A DNA stretch of 64,000 bases, taken from the NCBI RefSeq assembly GCF_009914755.1, contig NC_060935.1. One strand, written 5' to 3'. The notes below the pieces were generated by a model. The model did not search any database, had not been told where the DNA came from, and saw nothing but the letters and a program-made list of their open reading frames with translations. Shown here piece by piece: positions 1 through 16,320 of the stretch (position 1 is its first letter; each line of letters begins with the position of its first letter). The translations under genes and the position numbers were made by a program. Source of the DNA: the human T2T-CHM13v2.0 reference genome, Homo sapiens.

Positions 1-264
1 TCAAGATGCCGCTCCCACGGCACCTCCTTTGGTTGCTTTCTCTGGCCATGGGCTTCCCTTGCATCTTCTCCTCAACATTCTTTGCTTTCCTCTGGTCAAA
101 CATCTGTATCATACTCCATTGTAAATGTCTGTTTATCTTATGTGCCCTAAAAGAATGTTATATTACCCTCCTTACATTTAATATTTAAATTTTTGCATCA
201 CAACCAGTAGTAAAGACGTACTTTCTGCCATATTCTAAATATTGGCATTTTATAAATATTTACA

Positions 265-570
265 GGCCTGGCACAGTGGTGCATGCCTGTAATCCCAGCA
301 CTTGAGGAGGCTGAGGTGGGAGAATGGCTTGAGCTCAGGAGTTCAAGACCAGCCTAGGCAACATAGTGAAACCTCAGCTCCACAAAAAATCGAAAAGTTA
401 GCCAAGTGTGGTGGTGCATGCCTACAGTCCCAGCTACTTGGGAGGCTAGGTGGGAGGATGGCTTGAGCCCGGGAGATCGAGGCTGCAGTGAGCCATGATT
501 GCACCACTGTATTCCAGCCTGGGTGACAGAGCAGAACTCTGTCTCGACAAAAATGTTTTATTAAAAATAA
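265..570 (+). mobile_element. AluJ-type SINE
   Basis: Dimeric Alu with J-type right arm; TSD ATAAATATTTACA at 252-264 and 571-583. Confidence 0.95.
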
Positions 571-835
571 ATAAATATTTACATTTTTAAATTAAATACA
601 ACATTACTCTCTTAAATGAATCTAAATGATCCAATGGACTCTAAATGCCATAGTGGATCATCTATTTAAAAGAACATACATTTTATACTATGCCTTTTTG
701 TTAACTCTTACTTCCTTTTATTTCGTTTTCAGAATTTTATCCTAATATTTATGCTTCAAAATCTTTTACTGATCAACCTATACTTCTCTGCAATATATAT
801 ATTAGTATTATACATATATACATATAAATGCATAA

Positions 836-1187
<352 letters not shown>

Positions 1188-1249
1188 TATAACTTGTAAA
1201 TGTTAAAAAAAAAATTCTTCTTCTGGATTGGGTTTTCATTATCTTTATT

Positions 1250-1720
1250 GTTTGAATATGCAAATGATCAAAACATAATTGGTTTAGAAATTGGTACTAT
1301 TATTAAACATAAAAAGTAAAATTTTATTCAAAATGCATTAATTTTTCATTTTTATAGTGGTAAGCACCAAGAAACCTTGTTCACATAAATAACTAAACAG
1401 AAGTGACAGTCTACAGCCATACTACCCTGAATGTGCCATCTCGTCTGATCTCAAAAGCTAAGCAGGGTCAGGCCCCGTTAGTACTTGAATGGGAGAAGTA
1501 AAATAAATTTTGCTATAGCAATATCAGTATCTTTAGAATCACAAGTCAAAATCATGTCATGACCTATAATCAAAAATTATTTTTAATTATCTACCAACTG
1601 ACAATGCCTTCAATTTTGTTGAAAGCAAGAATTGGAAACCATCTGACTTAGAAAAGGATTTGCTACTCACAGTCATTCACTTTCCTAATAATAGTCCTAA
1701 TTGTTCCTTTGCTTGTTAAT
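1250..1720 (-). mobile_element. Decayed hAT/Charlie-like DNA transposon fragment (transposase C-terminal region); boundaries approximate
   Basis: Minus strand 1394-1338 translates SYLCEQGFLVLTTIKMKN*, resembling the hAT dimerisation-domain motif YLCExGFS..K.K. Confidence 0.55.
1409..1496 (+). pseudogene. 5S rRNA pseudogene, 3'-truncated at about nt 90, no poly(A) tail
   Basis: GTCTACAGCCATACTACCCTGAATGTGCC..ATCTCGTCTGATCTCAAAAGCTAAGCAGGGTCAGGCCCCGTTAGTACTTGAATGGGAGA aligns to 5S rRNA nt 1-90 with CpG-type transitions. Confidence 0.95.
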
Positions 1721-3599
1721 CTGGAGGCTTTCACACATCAGGCACACAAACAGCAAGACTCCAGATTAATAATGACTATGTCTTCCTTTTGTAAAGTGGG
1801 AGAAGAGTGATTGAGAAAGGAAACACCTTGAGTGCAACTGAATTCTCAGACAGATCAGCCTTTGGAAAGGGGACATAGAAAGTCAAGGATCTAGAAAATA
1901 TCCCCTGTCTGAAGACTACTAGCTTATCTGCCTCTCCCACCAAAACAGTGGCATTATCAAAATTAACATTAAATTATGTTTATTCGTGGATAATTACTGT
2001 TATATTTTAACAGAAAGAGACTGAAGACAGCCTAAATGTGCTCAATAAAGGTCTGATTAAATAAATTACAGAGTGTCTAGAAACCAAAAATACACGGTTT
2101 CTCTTCACGACTGAATCAAGTCCCTTCAGAATCAGGGCCCACACTTTATTCCCACAGCCTCAGCTCCTACAAGCCCTTCGAAGGTCCTCATGTGCATCAT
2201 TCCCCACTGCAAGTAATGGTTTCTAGATGGGAAACCATGGTCCACAGAGCAACACAGACAGGGACGTGCCAGAGGACATAAGGACAGTAAGACCTAAAGT
2301 GTACTGCTGAGGCTTGTTATGAACACTCATGGAATTGCAACCTGGAAGCCTATGTCTGGGGAAAGGGAGAGGGGACAGTGTCTATGCTAAGAGAACAAGT
2401 AGCAAGGAGCCAGAAGAAGGCTGAGTGTGGTATGAAGGAATAAATACTCAAGAAGCTGGTAAGGCTGGTGACATTGGAAGGAAGATCCCCCAACAGGCTG
2501 CTGGCCCTAGAGGTCAGGGCGCTATCTATCCTTGGAAGAAGACAAGTGGAGGACAGTATCATCCGAACCAAAGCAGCGCCCAGGCTGAAGGGCCCACTGG
2601 GCAGACACTCCAAGAGAAGGCTCATGGTCATCACAATGGGGAGGAGGGGAGAAGAGGAGTGAGCCAAGACGCGGCTGCTTGCGGACAGGGCAGAACCTAC
2701 AGATGGGAACAAATGAACCTGGTTTCATAAAACAGCTTCCCTCCTCTGTGCCCCAGAGTAGTCCTCCCAGTTAAAGTCCCCTTTCTCGTTCTCTTCACCA
2801 AGTCAAATCCTGCCAACCTGCCAAGGGCCAAGATGATGCCCCTTGTTCTCCATGCAGCCTCCTCAAACACTTCTGCTTATAGTCAGTTCTTCTACCTCTA
2901 AACCCTCATCATTCTCTGTTTATACCAGAGGCGGCCTGCAATATTTCTAAACCGCTCCATGATCCATTTGTATTTTGATATTAATCCTTAGCTCTTTGCT
3001 GTAGGTGTTTGATGCCTCTCTGAAGATAAGGCTTGTGACTTAGACATGTTCCTGTCCCACAGGGTGACCCCTCAATGCTTTACTGTGCGGGACACCTACT
3101 TGCTTACAGTTCCAATGGACACACACTGTCTCCTGCCACTCATCCAAATGTCTATCTCTTTCACAAAATTAAAGGTTCATTATATACATGTGGATTCTGA
3201 ATTCTTGGGTCTTTCATAGTCTTTGGCTTAGGGCTTCACACTTGCTAACCACTCAGTGAAACTTCTCCAGAGTCAGTCATTCAGCTGCTGCTCTACCTGA
3301 GGCTGTAGCACCAATGAGCCAGCTCTCCAGAGACACGCCCACATGGTACAAACCACGTTCTAGTGGAGAGCATTCTCCCATCATGGGAGGCTCTCCCTTC
3401 AAGCTAATCTTAACAAGAATGAAATGGGAATTTGGAATTTCGTTTCCCTTATACAAAGTCACTTCCTAAAATGGGGGGATTATAATTAGGTGATCATTAA
3501 TTACACTCGCCATTACAAAATTCAAAATACCTCAATTCCTTTACCTTTTATAACGAACATAAAGTGGGATCTCAATAGTATATTTAAAAGAATTTCTCA

Positions 3600-4550
3600 C
3601 AAATCTCAGTAAATACAATACAAATAAAATAGTTTGAAACTATGAAAGAAAGATCAGTAAACAGAGAAGAATGAATATATAGGAAAAGGGTATAAGCAGT
3701 CAAAGAAAACAAAGCTTAACGATAGAAGAGAAAAGAAAAGCTAATCCCTGTAATGGAATGCCTTCCTCACAGCAAGCTCTCAATATTTGTCATCAAATTT
3801 ACAGAATGGCTGATATTGATTCTCAAGGCAATGAAACAGACTACGCAAGTGCTGGCTGCAAAAGAAACAGAAACGTAAGGTCCATACTAAATGAATTGAT
3901 GAATGCAATAAAAACAGAAGTGATGCTACAGAAAAAACTAATCAGAAAAAGATATAAAATACAAAAATATATTTTTCAATAAAAGATTCAAAGCATGCAC
4001 AAGATGACAAGCACAAGAAGGAATGCAGCTCAGAGAACTATCCCGCAAATGATCAAAGTCTTTGAACAAATGGCCTCAAATCTATAAAGTTTAATAGAAA
4101 AAAATGCTATCTAAAAACAACAGAAGGATTTGCTCTGAGTACAAAAGATGTACAAAATCATCAACCAGAGACTACCACTATGACATTCTCATATTTTTAA
4201 GCATAAGAAAAAGAAAAAACTCAGCAGGCTGAGAAGACCCAAATCCAAATTTCTTCCAATTTTGCAAAGGATACAATTAAAGTCCAGAGATGCATATAAA
4301 ACTCTCAGAGAAAGTATTTTTACCTCCAGTGTAACAAGGTGAGTAGACTCTTTGAGCAAGTGAAAAAGAAATATCTCTTAGAGCTTTGATCATACCTGAA
4401 GAAATTTACCCATCACACACTTCACTTTAAATTATGTCCAAGAACAACTGTAAATGAGACTTAAATGTTTTAAGTTTTACAAATAAGACCAAAGAACCCA
4501 AATCAATAATTTCCCATTAAAAATAATAATAAAATGTTAAATAGGGAAAG
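3600..4550 (+). mobile_element. Very old L1/HAL1 ORF1-like relic
   Basis: Strongly A-rich plus strand with weak resemblance to L1 ORF1; boundaries uncertain. Confidence 0.35.
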
Positions 4551-4619
4551 AGCAATTGTCAAAAACACATTATTAATAAAATAGGACTGCAGGCACGTGC
4601 CACCATGCCCAGCATTTAA

Positions 4620-4960
4620 ATACCAGACAACATTGAGACAACTGAGGACATTTAAATATGACCTGAATAACAGATGATATTAAGGAATTATTGTTAGTTT
4701 GGTTAAATGTGAGAGAGTGGTTATAGATTTTTAAAGTTCTTATCAAATATGCTTCCCGAAATATTATTGGGTAAATAACATAATGTCCAGGAATGGAGGA
4801 GAAAGATAAAATTGGCAAAATGTTAATAATATTTGAAGCAGATAAAGAATATATGGAGTTCATTATACAGATGGGAACAATGGCTATCATTATTCATAAT
4901 AGCCAAGATACTGAATCAGTTCTCCTGACTTTTGTGCATATTTTGAAATAAGAAGTTTTT
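4620..4960 (+). mobile_element. Old L1 (L1MC/L1ME-type) 3' UTR fragment
   Basis: GATGATATTAAGGAATTATTGTT...GAGTTCATTATAC...CTTTTGTGCATATTTTGAAA resembles L1MC/ME 3' ends. Confidence 0.65.
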
Positions 4961-5054
4961 TAAATTAATATTTATTGGGTATCTACTGAGTACCAGGTAT
5001 TGCTTAGGTATTTGACACAAAAATAAAATGGCCTCAAGAAAAAAAAAACAGTAA

Positions 5055-5272
5055 AGCAGATTCTTAACCCAGGGTTTATCCAGGGAAATATCCATGATTT
5101 CTATGGGTGGCTAAATCACAGGTACTGCCATTACTGCTGTTTTATTGCCTATATTCATAATAAAAAAGAAATACTAAATTTCAATCGGGGTGGATGAAAA
5201 TGATGTAATTTTTTTTTTCCTATCCAAGTTGCAGACCCTTCAAATTCTACCCATGGACCCCCAAGGGTTGCA
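5055..5272. mobile_element. Non-autonomous hAT-Charlie-like element
   Basis: CAGATTCTTAACCCAGGG terminus and CCATGGACCCC motif typical of Charlie-family MITEs; inserted in an L2 relic. Confidence 0.45.
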
Positions 5273-5328
5273 CCATTCTGCAAATATTCACTGAACACTT
5301 AAAATAAGACAGTCACTGCTAAGCACTA

Positions 5329-6292
<964 letters not shown>

Positions 6293-6299
6293 AAACTGA

Positions 6300-8075
6300 T
6301 AAATTTCACATTAAATTACTAAAAATTTTTGTATGTGGAAAACAAAGTTAAAAGACAAACTGTGAAAAACATATGTAGTATATATGAGTTGTTCTTAATA
6401 TTTTAAAAGTTGGTAAAATGCATTAAATAAAATATAAAACTGCTTGATCTGATAAGGGGTTAATACCCAAAATATATAAGGAATCAACACAATAGTAAGA
6501 AAACAACTTATTTAAAAATGGGCAAAGGACCTGAACAGACGTTTTTCAGAAGAAGATATACAAATGGCCAACAGGTATATGAAAAAATGTTCAACATCAC
6601 TAATCATCAGGGAAATGCAAATTAAAACTACACCGAGATAACACCTCACACCTATTAGAATGGCTACCACCAAAACGACAAAAGATAATAAGTGTTGGAG
6701 AGGATGTGGAGGTTGACGGGAATATAAAGTGGTACAGCCATTCTGGAAAACAGCATGGAGATTTCTCAACAAATTAAAAATAGAACTATCATATGATCCA
6801 GCAATCTCACTACTGAGCATATATCCAAAGGATATGAAATCAGTATGTCAAAGAGCTATCTGCACTTCCATGTTCATTGCAGCATTATTCATAATAGCCA
6901 AGATATGGAGTCAACCTGAGTGTCTATCAACAGATAAATAAAAAAAGAAAATGTGGTTTATATACACACAATGGAATACTATTCAGCTATAAAAAAAGAA
7001 GGAAATCTTGTCACTTCCTACAACATGGATGAACCTGAGGACACTATGTTAAATGAAACAAGCCAGGCACAGAAAGAGAAACACCACATGATCTCACTTA
7101 TATGCCGAATCTAGAAAAGTTGAACTCATAGAAACAGAGGGTAAAATAACCATTTTACCAGAGGCTAGGGGATGAAGGGATTGGGGTGATGTTGGTCAAA
7201 GAACACAAAATTTCAGAGAGATAGGAGGAATAAATAAGTTCAAGAGATCTACTGCACATCATGGCAACTATAGTTAATAACAATACATCACATACTTGAA
7301 AATTACTAATAGTGTAGATTTTAACTGTTCTCACCCTCAAAAAAACATAGGTATGTAAGGTAATGTATGTTAATGAGCATGACTTAGTCATTCTAAATAT
7401 ATATATATATAAATCAAAACAGCACATTGTACATCATAAATATATACAATTATTTGTCAATTTAAAAATAAAATAACAAAAACATGTAAATCATAAAAGA
7501 AATAGAAATTAAACGGCCATTAAATATATGAGAAAATATTCAAGCTCCATAGCAATCCAAGAAATGGAAATTAAAACAGAAATGCAATACCATTTTTATC
7601 TTATCAGATTTGCAAATACCGATTATCTTCATTCTTTTTAGTTTGGCAAGAATGGCTGGAAACAGGCACTCTCGCTCACGCTAGTAGAAGTGTACAGTGT
7701 ACACAGGTTAAAGACTTTCTGGAGGGCAATTTGGCTAAGCACATCAAAAGTCCTTAAAAATGTTCATCCCTTTTACTTCTAGGAATCCCCAAAATAATCA
7801 AGGAACTGCACTAAAATATGGGTATAAGGATATTCACCATAGCATTTCTGTAATAGTTTAAATACATAGGGGGGGACAAACTAAACAATAACAGGAGATT
7901 AAAGTAGATCAAATATTTAGTATTTTGTGAATATTTTTTAATTCGTTTTAAAGTATTCATATATATTTTGGTATATATATAAACACTAATTATCTCTGTG
8001 TAGTAGGATTGTGGGTGATCTTTTTCCTATTTTCCAATTTTTCTAGAAAGACCATGAATTACTTGTATGAAATTC
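6300..8075 (+). mobile_element. Old L1ME-type ORF2-end/3' UTR relic, interrupted by the L1MA copy at 6446-7480
   Basis: Degenerate L1 ORF2 end at 6300-6440 resumes at about 7490 and runs to an L1ME-like 3' end near 8075. Confidence 0.6.
6446..7480 (+). mobile_element. L1MA-type 5'-truncated LINE (ORF2 end plus 3' UTR)
   Basis: TCTGATAAGGGGTTAATA...CAACATCACTAATCATCAGGGAAATGCAAATTAAAAC...; ORF 6729-6941 is an L1 ORF2 C-terminal remnant; A-rich end. Confidence 0.9.
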
Positions 8076-8497
8076 AACTAACTAATTAGGGGGGAAATGC
8101 CCCATTATCCCTGGGCTCCTGAAAGCCCAAAGCCACCAGTAGAGGAGAAAAACGTTATAGGTATAAAAGCAACTCCCTATAACAGTTGTTGCTTCTGGAG
8201 AGCAGAGAAGGCCTTGATTCTGCCTGGAGCTGAGTTTTGAAGGATGAATTTGCCAAAGAATAAAGTGAGGAGGGCAAGAGACTATCAAGTGCAAAAAATG
8301 AAAGCGCCTACTATGTTGACAAGCTACATGCAATTTCGGCGTGGCAGAAGGGCAGGGTGCAAGTGGAGGACTGAAGTAAAAGCCAGATCACAAAGACTTC
8401 TGAATGTCACATTAAAGGGTGGAATTATCCTGTCAAAGAAGAATCAATAAAGAGCTTTCGTGGTTCATTAATATGGGGATCAAAAAAAGGTAAAACA

Positions 8498-8640
8498 GGC
8501 CAGGTTCAGTGGCCTATAATCCCAACACTTTGGGAGGCCAAGGCACAGGAAGATGGCTTGAGACCAAGAGATTGAGACCAGCCTGGGAAACATAGCAAGA
8601 CTTTGTCTTTACAAAAATAGTAAATAAACAAGTAAATAAG
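8498..8640 (+). mobile_element. FLAM / Alu left monomer
   Basis: Single monomer ending GTCTTTACAAAAATAG. Confidence 0.85.
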
Positions 8641-8659
8641 AGAAAAGAAAAAACAAATG

Positions 8660-8850
8660 ATAACAGAAGAGTAATTGGGATAGGAATGTGGATACTGTCT
8701 GGGAAGAGGCATCAGGTGACCTTCTGAGATGCCAGAAATGCTCCACATCTTGATCGGAGTGGTGGTTATAACAATGTATGCAAACGTTGAAATCCATTAA
8801 GCTATACATTTAAAATTTGCGTACTTTACTGTGTTACTCCTCAATAAGAA
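8660..8850 (+). mobile_element. Old L1 (L1MD/ME) 3' terminal fragment
   Basis: ATCTTGATCGGAGTGGTGGTTATAAC...TACTCCTCAATAA. Confidence 0.6.
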
Positions 8851-9081
8851 AGCAAAGAGCTTTTAGCAAAGAAGTATCACAATTAAACTATTCTAGAAAG
8901 CTCATTTGTTCAGCAGCCTAGAAGACTGAACACCCTGAGGCAGCACTCTGAGAAATGAAAGCTGCATTCTGGCAAAAGAGGGTCAAGACTTTGGCTGGAT
9001 TGGAGGCAGCAAGACAGTAAGGAGAAGGACGATTCATGACACATTTGGGAGGTGGGCCTGATAAGCTTTTATGAGTGTGAC

Positions 9082-9731
<650 letters not shown>

Positions 9732-9991
9732 TATGGGGAAATCTGAATATGGTCTGAGTATTAGTTAAAATAAAAAGTTACTGAATTAGAAAAGTGAACG
9801 TAATTGAAAAATAAGATAGAATAAAAAACAGTATATATAGTATAATCTTACTTTGGTAGAAAAAGAATATAAATATGTACATCTGTATGCGTAGAGAAAG
9901 ACCTAGAAAGGAGAGGACTAAGATTTTTCTCTGGGTGTTGGGAAAGTGAGGTTTTTATTTTTTTAGAATGTACTGCAAAGCAAACACTATA

Positions 9992-10706
<715 letters not shown>

Positions 10707-10718
10707 TAAAGGAGCTCA

Positions 10719-11385
<667 letters not shown>

Positions 11386-11529
11386 CAAACCTCAAACGTG
11401 TAGTGTACAAGCTGGCTCCAGATGCCAAGCAAGGAGGGGAAGACTATCTCGCTCAGGCTGGCAATCTAAAGGCTCAATAAAGCACTCCTCTTGGGCGCCC
11501 ATCTTATGTTCCTCTCTTTTATTCTGAGC

Positions 11530-11615
11530 AGCAGCCTCTCTAGATGACGGGAAAATTTAGCCTGATGGATCATGATGGATCATGCTAAATTTTCCCATCA
11601 TCTAGAGAGGCTGCT
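11530..11615. repeat. Near-perfect inverted repeat (37-bp arms, 12-nt loop)
   Basis: 11530-11566 pairs with 11579-11615 at 35/37 positions; centre holds a 10-bp tandem duplication TGATGGATCA x2. Confidence 0.97.
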
Positions 11616-12899
11616 CATCTGCATCATTCATTCTAAGAAAACAAGACACCATGCCCCTGCCAGCATCCCCACAGTGAGCCAACGGAGCAGGCAGATGCAA
11701 AGAGCCCGAGAAATACCAAGTGCTGTGCACCCTGTATCCACACAGTAGGCAAAAGCAACTTTCATAGGAAGGAGGAAACAGCACGCCGAGAAGGCTCTTC
11801 TTTGGGATTACATGGCAACAGAGATTCTCCTGGAAGGGTTTCTAACTTTAGGGCATCATCAGGGAAGTGCTGTCCTGATGGAGCTGCCCAAACTTAATAC
11901 AAAGGAGCTAATTTTCGTTTGTCTCAAATTTAAAGACAGGGATTAGGGAGAAGGTGTAAAGGGCAAAGGGAAGGGCCCAATCCAAACAGAATAAGGAAAG
12001 GGGATACATTGCTGCTGACTATACTCTCCTCTGGGAGGAATCCCAGCAAACTAGACAGCTGCCAGATCTACCTGGTAAATTCCAGTCAACCAGCTAGAGA
12101 ATTGGAGAACTCTCTCCAATTCTTGTTCATCTTCAAAACTGTCTGAGCACCCAACATATGTTGCCTGTTACACATAAACATTCAACAACTGAACACAAAC
12201 ATAAGTGAACAGGCTGAACCAACTGAAGGTTTATGGACCAAGCTGTATAACGTTTGGGGCTAAAAGAGCTTAACATGAAATAGAATCAAATGTTAATGTT
12301 CCATTAATAACATTTGATGCAATATGATCAAAAGACTGAAGCTCTAGTACCCAGCACAGTATCTGGTGTTTAAGAAGTGCTCCTCAATAAATATCCATTG
12401 AATGTTAAATGATCCAGGATTTTTTTCTTGCATCCAAAACTTTCAGATCCAGTAGAAGATATTATTTAAAAGTCTGTGTTCTCACTTTTATGCTGACTTT
12501 CAAAGTGTTTTGTTAGAGATGGAAAAAGATTTCTGGGTATGGAAAAATTTTTAAAGTATCATACACTGCCAATTCACTGGCCTGGTACAGGCTGTATCAA
12601 TCTGTTCTCATCAGCTCTGGTTGAAAACATATGTGGACTACCTGAATGGGCCTAGGCTTGAGCACAACTTATCCGTCCAAAGCATTTGTGGGCCCAGGAG
12701 ACAGGTTTTACTTCCACTGGTCACACGTGTCCAAAAAAAAATGTGCAAGGTTGGTTGGAAGTCCCTGGATGCCTGACTCCCCAACCACTATATTGGGCAG
12801 CTCCCCTGATGGAAAGGCAGGCCCAGGCCCTCTCTGGGCAGCTGCTCCCATTCATTTCCGTCTGTTCCTTCAGTCTCTCCTCACTCTATCACTATTTTC

Positions 12900-13200
12900 T
12901 TTTTTTTTTTTTTCTTTCTTCAGACAGGTCTTGACTGTCACCCAGGCTAGAGTGCAGTGGTGCAATAATGGCTCCCTGCAGCCTTGAACTCCTGGTCTCA
13001 AGCAATCCTCCCACCTCAGCCTCCCGAGTAGCTAGGACTACAGATGTGTGCCACCATGCCCAGCTAATTTTTTACTTTTTGCAGAGACAGGGTCTCACCA
13101 TGTCACCCAGGCTGGTCTAGAACTCCTGGGCTCAAGCAATTCTCCTGCCTCAGTCTGCCAAAGCACTGGGATTACAGGTATGAGCCACTGCACTTAGCCC
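12900..13200 (-). mobile_element. AluJ-type SINE
   Basis: TSD ATCACTATTTTC at 12888-12899 and 13202-13213. Confidence 0.95.
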
Positions 13201-13845
13201 CATCACTATTTTCACATCAGTATAATGTTATCTTGTATCCCTCCTGTCCTAACCTGGCCCAGGTTTCTTAGAAGAATTATCATCTGGATACTAAAATGTC
13301 ATTTATAGCCGCATACAGAATTAAGGCAAAATACCAGGTCTCCTCCTTCTTATCCCCAAACTCTATTAGAAAGCTGAGTATACACATATTGCCTGATAAT
13401 TTTATGTCATCTTCTCCAAAAACCACCACAAATCTCTAAAAACAGAAACAGAAATAACTAAAATGATACTAGGCCCTTAGCAATAATACCTGGATTGTTA
13501 CAAGGGCCTCCTAACTCCTCTTAGCTTCTAGTTTCCTCCTCAATTCCAATCCATTTTCTATACTATCCATTCTGTCACCATCCCTGTAGAGAAAGACAGA
13601 ACAATAGTCAAAGCATTTTCACATGCCTCCCACTCATTCCAAACTCAAAGTCTTCAAGATGACATTCAAGATCCCAGAGGATCTGATTCAGCCTGGTCTG
13701 TCTCCGATGGGCTCCTTTATAAACCTGCTGATTCCAATAGACCACCTATTTCCAGCCCATACAAGCCAACATCTTTTCTGCCTCTGGGCCTTTGCTCATG
13801 CTGCCCCTGGTTACTCCCCAACCCCCAGAGTCCTCCTGGATTCTG

Positions 13846-14030
13846 AAGGCAGCACTGTGTAGAAGAAAGGGAACTAAATTAGGAGTCAAAACACCTGGAT
13901 GCCAGACGTGGTTCTGACATCAACTGGTTGTGTGCCTTTGGGCAGGTCCTACACCTCTCTGGGCTCAGTTTCCTGTCTATAAACAGAAAGATTGGACTAG
14001 TTCACCCTATAGCCCTTCCACCTTTAAAAA
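13846..14030 (+). mobile_element. MIR SINE
   Basis: MIR core TGTGTGCCTTTGGGCAGGTCCTACACCTCTCTGGGCTCAGTTTCCTGTCTATAAA. Confidence 0.85.
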
Positions 14031-14351
14031 AAAGTATTCTTCGATTCCTATATGCTCGACCAAATCCAATCTCTCCTTCAAAGTCTGCAGGTCCTCCAAG
14101 AAATTTCTCTGAGCACTTCAGCCCACACTATTCTGTCCCCTCTGTGTGGAATCCAGAACAAATTACACAGTGCATTCATTCAACCAAGATTTCTGAGCAT
14201 TTTCTTGGCCATGTTATGATAGCAAAGCCTTGGTAATAAACATAAAACCAGTTAGGACCCAGCCTGTAGTTATCACCTGTACCTCCCTTTCCTCTCCACT
14301 ATTTTTACCCAAGTGAAGTCATGAACAGCAAATGAATGCAAAAGATACCAT

Positions 14352-14890
14352 TTAGTCATTTATTTAACAAATATTTAAAGAAAACCTTCCATGTCCTATT
14401 CTAAAAAGTAAAGATATCAGTAAACAAATGGATCAAGTCCCTAACTTCATGGAGTTTATTTATTTGGGAAAGCAGACAGGAAAAACACAGAAATATGTAA
14501 TATAATTTTAGGAAGAAAAAGAAAGGAGGGGATTAAAGAGTGACTCGGAGCAGTTTTACATAGGATGGGCAGAGAAGGCCTCCCTGAGGTGGCACACTCG
14601 AGCCCACACTCAAATGAACTGGGTGACAAACCAGCAATATTCAAGGAGAAGAGCATCCTAGGAGCAGGCAAAGGCCATGAGACAGAAGAGATGGGAGGAA
14701 GGCAGGAGCAGATGGGAGAGCTGGGGCTTAGACCACACAAGAACTTGGTAGTAAATGTGCATTGTACTTCTAAGTGTGATAGCATTCCATATGAGGGTAA
14801 AAAATATATATATTCTCATTGCTATGTGGAGAAGAGACTGCAAAGACAGGAGCAGAGGAGCCAGGACCAGCTGAGGATGGCTATTCTGAA
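14352..14890 (-). mobile_element. L2 LINE relic
   Basis: TCATTTATTTAACAAATATTT terminus; AGAAGGCCTCCCTGAGGTGGCAC core typical of antisense L2. Confidence 0.75.
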
Positions 14891-14924
14891 CCAGTCGAGG
14901 GCTTGGCTGGTCACCCAAACTAGG

Positions 14925-15115
14925 TCATTTCCTGGCTCTCCAGCTTATAAGCTGTGTGAGCTCAAGAAAGTCCATCTCTTGTCTCAGTTTCTACACCTTT
15001 AAGCAAGGATAATAAAAATACCTATATTATAAGGTTGTCTGGAAGGCTAGATTAGTGCACATAAAACCCTTACAACAGCCTCTGGCAGCCAGTAAACATT
15101 CCATAAATGCTAGTA
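14925..15115 (+). mobile_element. MIR SINE
   Basis: GCTGTGTGAGCTCAAGAAAGTCCATCTCTTGTCTCAGTTTCTACACCTTTAAGCAAGGATAATAAAAATACCTA. Confidence 0.8.
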
Positions 15116-15422
15116 CTTCAAAGCCAGGGAATCACCTAAGAAAAGTGAAGACAGAGACAAGAAACAGGCTGAAGACTGAGCCCTTGGGCGCTCCAAAAGC
15201 TCCAAAGGCCTCCATTTGGCCCAAGATTTGCCATAAGCCTGCACGTCCTAAACCTTGTCTGGGGCTCCAAACCCCCTGTATGTATCAATAACTCAAAATT
15301 TAGAGCTTGATGATGTACTGCTTTATATCATTCTTTAGGTAACAATTATATGTTCTAAGTTCAGGTTATCACTTTCCCTCAGTTGTATTGTATATCTACT
15401 ACCAGGCTTGGCATAGGGTTAG

Positions 15423-15754
<332 letters not shown>

Positions 15755-16320
15755 ACGTGTTTTGCAAATACTCATTCATGGATTATATCATGTATATTTC
15801 AAAGAAATCAATGTAAGGCACTATACTTCCTTTTAAAACAAAGAACCATCTTCTCTTCAAGGAATAATGTGAATTATAAGTTATATCCTCAGCACTGCCC
15901 CACTACCCCCACTACCCTATCAGTCCCATCTTGGCAGAGACAGGCATGCTGACCAAAGAAGTTACACCATCTGCCATGCCATTTTCCCACCTGACTTCCT
16001 GTCCACATGCTTTGTGAACAAAGTTTTCTGTCTCTTCTTTCCTGGAAATTTCTCAAGCTGTAAAAACCTCCCATACCTAGCAACATGTCACACCTGCCCC
16101 TGTCCCCAGAATTCCCCATGGCCCTTAAAAAAGCCTAAACAATGAAGCCAAAATATTCCCAGAAAAACAGGAGCATCAAAACTTAGGAAGAAAAGAGGGA
16201 AAGAAAATGGGCATAACCCAAATAAACACCTAGAGAATCATCCAGCAGGGTTCTTCCCGCCAAGGTACAGGAATCTCAGTGCCTTCAACTAGTTACTATG
16301 AATATTTATAAAATGACCTT

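Noticed and set aside
2350-2730. Cluster of four overlapping ORFs in a purine-rich stretch
   Set aside because: No recognisable domain, no coherent splice signals; short enough to be chance
14456-15002. 145-aa ORF
   Set aside because: Lies on L2/MIR relics
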